Below, one piece after another: positions 25,501 to 33,878 of a DNA stretch of 43,825 bases. The position numbers and the translations under genes are program-made. Origin of the DNA: a virus (lineage: Duplodnaviria; Caudoviricetes); the IMG/VR virus record IMGVR_UViG_3300032216_001099, positions 1 through 43,825 of that record. One strand, given 5' to 3'. The notes under the pieces were generated by a model. That model saw nothing but the letters and a program-made list of their open reading frames with translations. It was not told the DNA's origin and searched no databases. Within the stretch, counting starts at the first letter, position 1. Each line of letters begins with the position of its first letter.

Positions 25501-25823
25501 GAATACGATGCGGTAAACGGGAAATTTACTGCCGCTCCGGCGTTAGCGACGTAGTTCCATACAACTTCGCGACCGTATACAGCCGGCGCAAAACCGCTAG
25601 CTAGAACACCTTGAGCTTTGTTTGCAGCTTTTGCTTGCGGCCCGTATTGTGAGGAATCACCAACGCTGACTCCGCCGACAACAAGCGCACCGCCAAAGTA
25701 AAACCCTACGTTAGCGGCAGTAGGCACGGTATACGTGCCCACAAAAGAAAAGTCAGTACGTAATGTACCTACAGCTGTTGTTTGGCCGGAAACACTCGAT
25801 GCAAAATCAGCGCCGGCCGGCAT
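22539..25823 (-). CDS. 1094-aa repeat-containing fibre-like structural protein
   Basis: Four N-terminal F.F...Y..P.AANV.FYFGG repeats, then many degenerate V.P.G....FG.P.V.N repeats. Confidence 0.75.
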   Translation of the reverse strand: MPAGADFASSVSGQTTAVGTLRTDFSFVGTYTVPTAANVGFYFGGALVVGGVSVGDSSQYGPQAKAANKAQGVLASGFAPAVYGREVVWNYVANAGAAVNFPFTASYSISVPHTSFYFGGQIVVPGVSAGDTSVFGAETKVKAPLLILCQDFGIAPGVVGRPRTSGRADTDFAFTASYTLPPAANVPFYFGGQIVANILGADSNQYGPLTKVSNKSLSLTPVGIYQGVVSRARAYIRSTNGAQVDFEFVATYSAPAATTANFVFTRPGLEAGVSARASATADLQIGNRLSASAYASASAFALELISQPRVENAGGINSAAFGNLFASTNPQFVVTGGVNQHAVGAPTVSLRIRYLFPESIAYKFTYDAFGNAAYVSDAIRKLVPLGYDSSLFGAHEVRRNETIVDVEGKGIKPPTQINFPSVTFYRRYVLYVGKIPPPDITSPTAYNLKQYVTQYYNIVFPPIQDKYGVPSVVNRNRTVFPDGWNSLKLAWFPASLGLTPTRSPAPVGFISEAIGSGAKVELKKRVVAAEGIPPLYFPQFSQVYNWRKIVYPVAISAPYPPVPIVSTNTQWVYQWGPNADTAFGNSFTAYRIRYITSFAGLAPPNVPQPRVGNFTQYVVPVGRDMSDVPGIEFALAFFNAARLCSIYSFASGTPTVVNRNRQIYPQSSFYFDFPQVGRLNSVFNLKRFVYPSSFVAAGHSALTVVVHKTQLIYVTGNIAPPKISELHEVRDPAPSLPRAQTVNLDSCGIPSKATVSSPSVQGSPLPNGWASLIFGSPSVRAQGARPYWDFPDSDFQWGTPSVNGTQTISVESFARYGVGYPRATPWVIWCTGDVPPNLIAGYSAYGAGNNFQQVDSYSKFGTPSASTPTYPKIQVYGIAVIEDAVGLDTLVTNRRRRLYPTGIKPPRFGYPELPDSKFVLVNSIDPPQSDTDTVVALAQNASNVALAPTSVLPPDLSQTETRIENFNRQVLPQGFVATIYMAVDETRPVVYLKPRGPKPTGWVNTSWGVPLVSYRIRTVYPSGSDSFTSEYSLGSFNDRLRVRRDYERGYPTGIPPGNVGSSSSVKNNVQVVTAYMIAPPRCDVGHHLAVSNIS

Positions 25824-25834
25824 GGCGACGCGCT

Positions 25835-28288
25835 CTAATAATTACGCGCGTCGTAATGCGCTTGAATGCGGCTCGCCGATAACTTGTAGTTGTACCAAGC
25901 AAATTCGCCCATCACGACTCTGGCGTGATCATCGTTGTAACCTATACTTGGCATTGAATAGCCGTAGAAGTCACCTGGCTGCGGGTTACACCCAATGCCT
26001 AAAAGAGTCACGCGATCGGAAATAGAAAATATGCCCGTTGTCAACGTGCTGGCAAGCGACCCGTTAATGTAAAGTTTTGTATTGTGGTCAGTGTACGGGT
26101 CGTACGTAATAGCGATGTGGTACGAGCTTCCGACAGACAACGCTGTATGATCAAACGAGAACGTGTTAGTCGTGCCTGATGTTTCAATTATGGTTAAGAC
26201 TAACTTACCACTTGTCGTCAATTGCAGCAGTAACGGCTTTGCTTGATACCAAGTCATCGCAGACAACAAATATCCGGCGGTTGTAAGCGACGTTGGTTTT
26301 ATCCACATTTCTACGGTAAACGTCGATGAAATTGGACTGCCGTACACATACGCGCCACCAGAACTTGAAAAATCTACAGCGGTTTGCCCGGAAGTAAAAT
26401 TAGCCGCGTTGCCGAACGTTGTTCCCGAACGATATGTAAGCGGCATGTCTTTGCGGCCTACAACAGCTTTTACCGGGGACGCCGAAAAAGAACCGTCATT
26501 CAGTCTAAAATAATAAGACGGGTTATCGGCTTCTACTGCCGCCGCATAGCCAGACTGTGTTGAAGATACAGAATGAGTAGAAGTGTTGATTAGCGAATTG
26601 TATAAAGCCGTAACATCGGTCGAACTTAACACACGACCAAAAAAGTTAGCGCACCCAAAATACCCGCCCCAAGGAGGCAAGGTTCGCAGAGTGCCGGTGT
26701 ATAGATTTGCGCGCGAGTTAACGCCTGATCCTACTACCGCAACTTGATTGATTCGCCGCGCCGCATCTTGTGGGTTTGAAGTATGTTGCCAGGTGACAGA
26801 TTGATAGACGGTAGTTATGTCATAGCTCGACCCACCCCAGTTCATTGAACAAGTATACAGCCTGCCTGATCCAGGAATGCTTGTCGTCTGTACAAGTGAC
26901 CCGTTTAAATACAATTTGATTTCGTTGCCGTACGAGTACGTTGCCACAATGTGATTAATTTGGCTTTGCACACAAGATGTCGAAGCACGAACTATGTAGA
27001 GTTGGTTAATCGCGCCAAGTGACATACGCACGTTTATGGTGCTCGTAGTAACTTGAATAGCTACGGATACGGCCACAATTGCTTGATCATCTGAATATGT
27101 ACCGTTCATACTGTCGGGGCCGCTAGTGGCATTAGAGTCATTCGTAGTTCCGCCCCATGTAGCGATAAGATCTCTTTCGCTACCAGTTGGAGGAATACAA
27201 ATCAATTCAAAACTTAACGACTCGTAATTATCAGGTTGGTTTGCGGCGTTTGCTCCAAAAACACCGGCGCCGCTAGCAACAAGTCCGCTTAGGCCGCTTT
27301 TCAGAAATTTAAACGCCCCGGACGCGCCGTCGGTTGAATATGTCGCCAGCCCGTCGATCGCCGGATTTAACCACCCGCCTTGGTATCGTACGTCGTAATA
27401 TAAATAATTGACGCCGCCGGGAGCGGTTTCTGCGTCGTTGATATTTGAGCCGTCAAGATAATTAGTCAGGGCAAGGCTGTAACCAAATTTTGAATCGCGC
27501 AAACGTCGCGCCCAAAACGGGCTTTGCGTTTGCGTAACGCCGGAAGCGTTGATAGGAACAATACGGTCCCAAATTAACGCGTTCTTGTACGGGGGGCCGC
27601 TGGGGTCAACAGATAATACGGTGTACTCACGCGTCGTATTAAGGCCGCTAAAGACATACCCTCCGCTAGAATCTGTAGTCGTGTAGCCAATGCGCGAAAA
27701 ATCAGATCTATCGAGCAAAACAACTGGGCGGTTGCCTAGAGCCGTCCCATCTTCAGACACGATACCGTAAATCCCGCCAAACCCGCCGACTTCAGTGCGT
27801 GAAGGAACCGGGTTTAAAAGTGAATCCGGATCCCCCGCAAAACGGTAATCCGTGTTTTCGGCTTTCATAGGTCTGCCAGCGGAATTGATCACCACCCAAT
27901 TAGAATTGTCTGAAGACGCTTGGATGATTATATCCACGCTTGACGCTACTGTTCTTGCCCCGCTTACTCCGGTCGTCGGGTCTGTCGAACTGATGCGGAT
28001 TAAAAACGAGTCAACCAGAGCCGTGACGCCGGTCCCAAAATCGTACGTGATATACTGAAACGTAGAACCGCTACTAAACGTCATAGTTGCCGTAGTGGCG
28101 TTGTCGCTATCGGTCAAGCTTGACGTACTATCGCCAGACCGAATTTCAGGCATCGAAGTTGAGCTAGGCGTCAGCTGCGTCCCGGCCGCGTTGTATAGCT
28201 TAAGAGACGCAAGCGGGAGGTAGCGAGCGCCGTAGCTGGCAAAAAAATCACGTAGCCCAATCCGCCAATATCGCGCCGCTGCTGCCAT
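25835..28288 (-). CDS. 817-aa putative receptor-binding protein: discoidin-like N-terminus, Ig/carboxypeptidase-regulatory-like domain, two LamG/ConA-like domains
   Basis: ARYWRI...ASSDNSNW; GIVSEDG...TTTDSSGGYVFSGL; two HI..TY......KLY.NG motifs; FTVEMWIKP; MGEFAWYNYKLSASRIQAHY. Confidence 0.8.
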   Translation of the reverse strand: MAAAARYWRIGLRDFFASYGARYLPLASLKLYNAAGTQLTPSSTSMPEIRSGDSTSSLTDSDNATTATMTFSSGSTFQYITYDFGTGVTALVDSFLIRISSTDPTTGVSGARTVASSVDIIIQASSDNSNWVVINSAGRPMKAENTDYRFAGDPDSLLNPVPSRTEVGGFGGIYGIVSEDGTALGNRPVVLLDRSDFSRIGYTTTDSSGGYVFSGLNTTREYTVLSVDPSGPPYKNALIWDRIVPINASGVTQTQSPFWARRLRDSKFGYSLALTNYLDGSNINDAETAPGGVNYLYYDVRYQGGWLNPAIDGLATYSTDGASGAFKFLKSGLSGLVASGAGVFGANAANQPDNYESLSFELICIPPTGSERDLIATWGGTTNDSNATSGPDSMNGTYSDDQAIVAVSVAIQVTTSTINVRMSLGAINQLYIVRASTSCVQSQINHIVATYSYGNEIKLYLNGSLVQTTSIPGSGRLYTCSMNWGGSSYDITTVYQSVTWQHTSNPQDAARRINQVAVVGSGVNSRANLYTGTLRTLPPWGGYFGCANFFGRVLSSTDVTALYNSLINTSTHSVSSTQSGYAAAVEADNPSYYFRLNDGSFSASPVKAVVGRKDMPLTYRSGTTFGNAANFTSGQTAVDFSSSGGAYVYGSPISSTFTVEMWIKPTSLTTAGYLLSAMTWYQAKPLLLQLTTSGKLVLTIIETSGTTNTFSFDHTALSVGSSYHIAITYDPYTDHNTKLYINGSLASTLTTGIFSISDRVTLLGIGCNPQPGDFYGYSMPSIGYNDDHARVVMGEFAWYNYKLSASRIQAHYDARNY

Positions 28289-28290
28289 GT

Positions 28291-28779
28291 TTATTCCTCG
28301 CCTAAGAAGACGCGACGAAACGCGGCTTCGATCGATCCTAGATCCATGTCAGCCAGCTCCGGCTGTTCCATGGCGTACGCTATCAAGTCTTTCACCCGCT
28401 GCCCGCCCGGATCTTTTTTGGGCTGCGTCTTAGTAGACCATAACTCTAAATTTTCCGGGCGATTGTCGTCGCGAACGCCATTCATATGATGAACTTTCTC
28501 AGTAGGAAGAAGTACCCGACCTAACACTCTCTCCATCACTAATCGATGCTCTGGCACATATCCGTGGCAATCCGCATGAGGGTGACCGCGAGCTAATTTC
28601 TTTATGTACCCGCTAGCAGTTTTGTATTGCCCGCCTTTCCAATTGTGAGGGCCGTCACGCATAGCGTCATGACGGCGCGCGCAAGACCGCGAACAAGTCT
28701 TGGGGCGCCCGTCAAAACGCTGCGTAAACGTTTTCCCACAAACCCCGCATGTAGCAGTCCGGGTTTTGTGTCGGTCCAC
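28291..28779 (-). CDS. HNH homing endonuclease with N-terminal zinc ribbon
   Basis: CGVC...CSRSC zinc knuckle; HNWKGG; YVPEHRLVME...VHHMNGVRDDNRPENLEL HNH motif. Confidence 0.9.
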   Translation of the reverse strand: MDRHKTRTATCGVCGKTFTQRFDGRPKTCSRSCARRHDAMRDGPHNWKGGQYKTASGYIKKLARGHPHADCHGYVPEHRLVMERVLGRVLLPTEKVHHMNGVRDDNRPENLELWSTKTQPKKDPGGQRVKDLIAYAMEQPELADMDLGSIEAAFRRVFLGEE

Positions 28780-28811
28780 ATAATCGTCTCAGTATGTGGG
28801 CTTACAAAACG

Positions 28812-29282
28812 TTAAAGCTTGAAGATCTTGTTAGCGCCGTTGTCCCACGTAACGATGATGTCGCCGCCATTAGGCTGAATCGGCAAACCAGCTGCGGTGT
28901 CAATGTACGCAATTAGTATTTTAGTACTGGCGGTGGTAACGTTCGTATTAGAGTCGTAGTAGATGATGATAGCTTCAAGATTGTTGCTTAACGCGCTCAC
29001 GCTGGGAAAAGTGACGTCACTAGCGTCAGCGGCTCCGCCGGTAGTAGTTCGGTTAATAAGCGTCTGCGGACTGATAGAGCTCCACGCGGTGGTCGCGACT
29101 TGATCCATCGTGGTGTGCGAAGCTGAAAAATTATAATACTGTGTATCAACCAAAATCACTCTGTAAGTTTGATTATCAGCAGGGACACTAATGCCGGCGA
29201 CGGTGTTGCCGCCGGTCGACGACCAATTAAGTACTCCGCTGAGAAACAATTCGCGCGCGCTGTCATACAATGTATTAGCCAT
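28812..29282 (-). CDS. 156-aa small virion structural protein
   Basis: MANTLYD...LIAYIDTA.GLP..PNGGDI.VTWDNG.NKIFKL, a motif set widespread in phage tail regions. Confidence 0.75.
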   Translation of the reverse strand: MANTLYDSARELFLSGVLNWSSTGGNTVAGISVPADNQTYRVILVDTQYYNFSASHTTMDQVATTAWSSISPQTLINRTTTGGAADASDVTFPSVSALSNNLEAIIIYYDSNTNVTTASTKILIAYIDTAAGLPIQPNGGDIIVTWDNGANKIFKL

Positions 29283-29321
29283 GTCTGAGCCCCTGTCAGA
29301 TAAAGATTAGAGTGATGCGTG

Positions 29322-29780
29322 TTATAGCAGAGCTGCTTCTGCATTGCGACGTCTTACAAGGCCGGGCAATACTTTTCCGCCGCCCCGAACCCACCGCAAC
29401 AGTTGCGTTTTTGCCCCTTCCCAATCCTGCTCGTTAACTTTTTTCCGAAGAGTAGAGGTTTGGAGCGCCCCAACACCAAGGTTGTACGTAAAATCCACAA
29501 TCGCGTTAAACGGTCGCCAGTTACCAGTAGTCAACGCGTTGGCATACAACTGCGGGCATTGGCGACGAACACCGGGTACGCAGACTTTAGTAAGCTCGTG
29601 CATCAAAAGCGCGGCGGCTTGATCTTTTGTAACCGGCGGATCAGCTATAGTTACTTTGGTTCCGTTCTCGTAGTACGTAGACCCAAAACCTATTGTCGGC
29701 ACGCCCGCCGGGCACAAATACGGTTTTGATCTAAACCCTTCAAATTCTACGCAAAGGGCGACCGCGAATTCTAGATTCAC
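29322..29780 (-). CDS. endolysin, GH24 lysozyme
   Basis: FEG.....YLCPAGVPTIGFG catalytic region (E14-C23-T29), FTYNLG, GLVRRRNAE. Confidence 0.95.
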   Translation of the reverse strand: MNLEFAVALCVEFEGFRSKPYLCPAGVPTIGFGSTYYENGTKVTIADPPVTKDQAAALLMHELTKVCVPGVRRQCPQLYANALTTGNWRPFNAIVDFTYNLGVGALQTSTLRKKVNEQDWEGAKTQLLRWVRGGGKVLPGLVRRRNAEAALL

Positions 29781-30274
29781 GCAAAACCCCGTTTAGACAA
29801 CGTCCGATCTAAGAACCAATAATTGAGTGTTCCGGAAACCAGCGCGGCGAAATCTGCGCTCATCACCATCTTAAAAACTTCAGTTGGGGGTAGCCCGGCG
29901 TTGTACCCAGTAACCGCGTACCAGATATGAGCAAAAGACCAGATCGCTAAAATCCAATACGTAACTACGGGCCGCACACTGGCAGACATGGCTGCAACCC
30001 ACCCGCCCGCTGCTTTGGTCATCTCAGTCTGTTGTTCGATAGCTGCTTTGAACGCATCCATAACACCGACATCAACAGCCATGTCGCGTTCCGCGCCGAT
30101 CTCAGATAGTTTTTGCGCGCCTCTGGTTTGCTCAAGTTGGCACTGCCGATCAAACATCTGTAATTCGTGGCCGCGTTCGTTTTTCTTGTCCATGAACTTA
30201 AGGACTTCAGGCGCGAGTCTAAACAGCCCGCCGATCAGAGAACCTAGGATTCCCCCACTAAGGATGTCAAACAT
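29777..30274 (-). CDS. putative holin (3TM-type)
   Basis: Start reassigned to the ATG at 30274 (MFDILSGG). SVRPVVTY, two C-terminal hydrophobic helices and YWFLDR.L.K ending; directly upstream of the lysozyme. Confidence 0.65.
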   Translation of the reverse strand: MFDILSGGILGSLIGGLFRLAPEVLKFMDKKNERGHELQMFDRQCQLEQTRGAQKLSEIGAERDMAVDVGVMDAFKAAIEQQTEMTKAAGGWVAAMSASVRPVVTYWILAIWSFAHIWYAVTGYNAGLPPTEVFKMVMSADFAALVSGTLNYWFLDRTLSKRGFA

Positions 30275-30276
30275 AC

Positions 30277-30555
30277 TTAAGTACCTTTGATAGTTAGGTA
30301 TTGAAGGATCGCGTACAAAGCCGCTGCTGCCGCCCACAATCCGATGCCGCGATTAATCCATTGGTCAACTTTCCTGTCAGTGCGCGAAATATCGTTTGCG
30401 CAAATTGCAACGTCAGCTTCGCACTTACCTATGCGCGTTCCCATAGTGTTCTGACGTTCTTCGATTAGTATTAGACGTTGTATCGCGTCACCTAGCTTGT
30501 CAACTTTATGTTCCAGACGTCGAAAATCTTCTGAGCTGACAAGTGTTGGTTCCAT
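30277..30555 (-). CDS. 92-aa coiled-coil protein with C-terminal TM helix (XhlA-like lysis protein)
   Basis: AAGGA RBS; heptad N-terminus then GIGLWAAAAALYAIL; first gene of the lysis cassette. Confidence 0.6.
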   Translation of the reverse strand: MEPTLVSSEDFRRLEHKVDKLGDAIQRLILIEERQNTMGTRIGKCEADVAICANDISRTDRKVDQWINRGIGLWAAAAALYAILQYLTIKGT

Positions 30556-30578
30556 AGATTGATCCTTGGACTGATGTT

Positions 30579-30594
30579 AGAGACTTAAGTCTCT
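30579..30594. promoter_or_regulatory. perfect 16-bp palindrome spanning the stop codon upstream of the lysis cassette
   Basis: AGAGACTTAAGTCTCT equals its own reverse complement; function unknown. Confidence 0.4.
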
Positions 30595-30866
30595 TTAACC
30601 TTAATCTGGAAATCGGCTTCTTTTACCAAGCTCATGTTGGTAGTAAGTCGCACGGTTACTTTGTAAGTGTTGCCGTCAGTGCCCCCGCTCAAAACGAGTT
30701 TGACAACTTTGCCTACAAGGGTTGAGTCGACGAGCGTCATACCGGTTTGAACGGTAGTGGTGAACGACACGGGCGCATCGGTGCGATTAGAAAACCATTT
30801 GGTGAAATCCACGTCGTAATCGAGGATTTCATTTGGCTGCTTTGTGAATTTGCCTAATAGCGCCAT
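30585..30866 (-). CDS. 93-aa fibre-tail adaptor-like protein
   Basis: KQPNEILDYDVDF..W...LSGG..G..YKVT pattern; AGGAG RBS; follows the fibre gene. Confidence 0.7.
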   Translation of the reverse strand: MALLGKFTKQPNEILDYDVDFTKWFSNRTDAPVSFTTTVQTGMTLVDSTLVGKVVKLVLSGGTDGNTYKVTVRLTTNMSLVKEADFQIKVKET

Positions 30867-30875
30867 AAGGTTCTC

Positions 30876-33800
30876 CTATTGCCGATCAACGTATATGGCG
30901 AAATCTTGTGGTACGACAATTGTCGCATCGTCTTTAATTACTTGCATCTTTTTTGCGTCCGCAGGCACAAAAATAACTTCGCGAGCGGAGCCCACGGCTT
31001 GGAAAGAAAACGTTAATTTCGCTGTGCCGGCGGCGGTGCTTGTCGCGTTCGCATAAATCAGTTTGTAGAGAACAAGCGTAGCGCTAGCATTAGAAGCCGC
31101 TGAAACAGCCGCTCGGAATGAAGAGACAAAAAGCTCCGGCGAAATAACTGTAACGACCGCCGAAACGGACGCCGCTAACTTAATAGCGGTAGTCAGTCCT
31201 GCCGCGCTTTGGACAACAGCCGTGACGCTGCTTGCAAAGCGAACGGCTATCTGTAAGTTAGGCGTGGAACTTGTTTGCGCGGCAGCATTGCCGGCTAACG
31301 TAATAGACGTTGTCAGCCCTGCGTTTGCAGAAGCAAACCCCGTCGAAATTGTTGCTAGTTTGATCTGCGTAGTAAGTGGCGCCGCCACCAACGTAGTTGC
31401 AGATGCTGAACCTACGAGCGGAATACCCGTGTTCAGCGTTGCTAGAACAGTATTTGTATTTGCCGTTGCAGACGCGACTAGCTTGATCTGCGTCGTTATG
31501 GCGGGGGTAGAACTAGCTTGCGCAGAAGCTTGCGCGGCAAGCGTAATCTGCGTAGTAAGCGACGCCGCCGCCAGCGTAGTCGCAGCTATGGACGCGTTTG
31601 CACGTATTTGGGCGGTTAGATCAGCGCCCGTAATGACTACGCACGAAACAGCCGCGCTGAAACGGACGGCCGTAGTAAGGTTAGCAGTTGTTTGCGCCTG
31701 CGCCGCCGCAATACCGCTAAAACTAGCTGCTGACCCCGAAATAGTCGCGTTAATCGCTGTCGTCGCTACGGCAGAGGCCGCTAGCGTAATAGCGGTTGTT
31801 AATCCGCTCGTAGTCGATGTAGCTGCTAAGGCAGAGGCGGTAAAACGAACGCCGACCGACAAATTGCTCGTAGTCGATGTAGCTGCTAAGGCAGAGGCCG
31901 CTAGTTTAATGTTTGTCGTCAGCCAGCCAACGGCAACCGACCCGGGGTCAGTCGCAATTAACCGGATGTAGTCAATCCCGAATGGAGTAGTCCCATCACT
32001 CGGGCCGGGGGAGCCAGCTATGTCAACGAGAACCTGAGTAGGTGGCGTGCTGAAGTTTGTTAGGCGGGTTCCCGCGCCTATGTTGGGCCCAGTTGACCAA
32101 TATGCGCTGTCTTGCGGCCTGCCAAAAAATACTGAGCTGCTATACGTCGTGGGAAACCGACCAGAATCTGATGCGTAATACGTCACCCCACCTACGACTA
32201 TTGCCGCTCGCCACGATACATTGTCGTCGGTCTGAGGGGCTTCCGGGACTAGGTGGGAGCCGTACCCGTACACTTCAACGGCAAAACTGCCAATCAAGCC
32301 GCGCGCTGGGTATGAAGTTGGCCACCCGGTCAGCGTCAGGGTATTGACATAATACGCACCCCCACTTATGAAAACACCATCCGCAGCAAGTACGGAGGAG
32401 AGCGAATATATGTAATCCGGGGACAAGTTGTTTAGCTGCTGCGTCACCGATGAGGCATACAGCGTATGGGTTTGAAAAGCTGGAGCCGCTGCGAGTTGAA
32501 TACCGGTCGTTAATCCGCTCGTAGTCGATGTAGCTGCTAAGGCAGAGGCGGCAAATCGAACACCGGTCGTTAATCCGCTCGTAGTCGATGTAGCAGCAGA
32601 CGCAGAGGCCGCTAGTTTAATAGCGGTAGTCAGGTCGGCCGTAGTCGACGTAGCTGCTAAGGCAGAGGCGGCAAAACGAGCCCCTACAGTAAGCACACCG
32701 AGCGCGGTCGCTCCTGTGTAAGCAATGACGCGAACGTAGTCAATGTAAGCAAGGAGGTTGGCGGCTTCTGGAGACGTTAGCGCTCTGATACTAATGACGA
32801 CCTTGCTTGGTAGCGTGGTGCCACCCGCCAATTTTGTCGCGCCGTTAGCAAAATACCCGCCAGTAGAAACCCGTCCAAAAAACAACGAGCCGGGGGACAG
32901 TGGTAAGATATTCACCGAGTCGCCTGTCCCGCCGCCAAGAACCGGTTCCGACGTGTAGTCAACGCCGCCAACCGTGATGACCGTCTGCCCTACATCGGCC
33001 GCCCAGTCCTCGCCGGGTACAAAGTTTCTTTGTGCGTATCCGTACACCTCAACCGCGAGGCTTGAATAAGACGCGCTTCCCGGCAGTGAAGTCGGTAGCC
33101 CCGTGAGCGTGATCGTGTTTATCTGCTGGTACGGCGAGCCAGACGCATAAACGCCATTTGCGGTCAGTAGGTTGTTGAGGTTCCCCCAGTATTCAAGATT
33201 GATGGGGTTGACAGTCTGAGCGGCCGTTGTGGCGTATAACGGGTACTCGGCCGCAATAGCACCAGAATGCGCCAGATAAATCGGGATTGTGAGAGTTGCA
33301 TTAGCTGAACTAGCAGCAGACGCAGAGGCCGCTAGCGTAATAGCGGTTGTTAATCCGCTTGTAGTCGATGTAGCTGCTAAGGCAGAGGCCGTTAGCGTAA
33401 TAGCGGTCGTTAATCCGCTCGTAGTCGATGTAGCCGCTAAGGCAAAGGCCGTTAGCTTAATAACGGTAGTCAGGTCGGCCGTAGTCGATGTAGCCGCTAA
33501 GGCAGGGGCCGCTAGCTTAATAGCGGTCGACAAATTGCTCGTAGTCGATGTAGCCGCTAAGGCAGACGTCGCTAGCGTAATAGCGGTCGACAAATTGCTC
33601 GTAGTCGATGTAGCCGCTAAGGCAGACGTCGCTAGCGTAATAGCGGTAGTCAGGTCGGCCGTAGTCGATGTAGCCGCTAAGGCAGACGTCGCTAGCGTAA
33701 TAGCGGTCGTTAATCCGCTCGTAGTCGATGTAGCTGCTAAGGCAGCGGCGGTAAGAGCGTTGTCGCCAAACGTGATAGACGCGGTGACCGCAGCCGCGTC

Positions 33801-33878
33801 AAGTGAGCCAAGCGGTGGCGTAAGGCGGCGAGAACCCCCCAACCCGCCCGGAATAATTCCGGCGAGAGGCGCAGCCAT
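30876..33878 (-). CDS. 1000-aa fibre protein built of 20-aa Ala/Thr repeats with two inserted paralogous domains
   Basis: ITLAASALAATSTTSGLTTA repeats; two ~180-190-aa globular inserts that share motifs. Confidence 0.8.
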   Translation of the reverse strand: MAAPLAGIIPGGLGGSRRLTPPLGSLDAAAVTASITFGDNALTAAALAATSTTSGLTTAITLATSALAATSTTADLTTAITLATSALAATSTTSNLSTAITLATSALAATSTTSNLSTAIKLAAPALAATSTTADLTTVIKLTAFALAATSTTSGLTTAITLTASALAATSTTSGLTTAITLAASASAASSANATLTIPIYLAHSGAIAAEYPLYATTAAQTVNPINLEYWGNLNNLLTANGVYASGSPYQQINTITLTGLPTSLPGSASYSSLAVEVYGYAQRNFVPGEDWAADVGQTVITVGGVDYTSEPVLGGGTGDSVNILPLSPGSLFFGRVSTGGYFANGATKLAGGTTLPSKVVISIRALTSPEAANLLAYIDYVRVIAYTGATALGVLTVGARFAASALAATSTTADLTTAIKLAASASAATSTTSGLTTGVRFAASALAATSTTSGLTTGIQLAAAPAFQTHTLYASSVTQQLNNLSPDYIYSLSSVLAADGVFISGGAYYVNTLTLTGWPTSYPARGLIGSFAVEVYGYGSHLVPEAPQTDDNVSWRAAIVVGGVTYYASDSGRFPTTYSSSVFFGRPQDSAYWSTGPNIGAGTRLTNFSTPPTQVLVDIAGSPGPSDGTTPFGIDYIRLIATDPGSVAVGWLTTNIKLAASALAATSTTSNLSVGVRFTASALAATSTTSGLTTAITLAASAVATTAINATISGSAASFSGIAAAQAQTTANLTTAVRFSAAVSCVVITGADLTAQIRANASIAATTLAAASLTTQITLAAQASAQASSTPAITTQIKLVASATANTNTVLATLNTGIPLVGSASATTLVAAPLTTQIKLATISTGFASANAGLTTSITLAGNAAAQTSSTPNLQIAVRFASSVTAVVQSAAGLTTAIKLAASVSAVVTVISPELFVSSFRAAVSAASNASATLVLYKLIYANATSTAAGTAKLTFSFQAVGSAREVIFVPADAKKMQVIKDDATIVVPQDFAIYVDRQ
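31790..33745. repeat. three blocks (2+3+7 copies) of a 60-bp coding repeat
   Basis: Core GTAGTCGAYGTAGC starts at 31810, 31870; 32521, 32581, 32641; 33361, 33421, 33481, 33541, 33601, 33661, 33721. Confidence 0.95.

Noticed and set aside
29321-29329. Extended -10-like TGCTATAAC at the end of the lysozyme gene (minus strand)
   Set aside because: Formed by the last codons and stop; no supporting -35, so it cannot be distinguished from chance
30275-30337. N-terminal extension of the holin-like ORF
   Set aside because: Overlaps the upstream gene; the ATG at 30274 sits 2 nt after its stop
33301-33745. 60-bp periodic array resembling a CRISPR array
   Set aside because: It lies in frame inside a long ORF, the 'spacers' are reused variants of each other, and there are no cas genes
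30876-33878. Diversity-generating retroelement or invertible shufflon
   Set aside because: No reverse transcriptase or recombinase in the window; repeats are direct and differences are not adenine-specific
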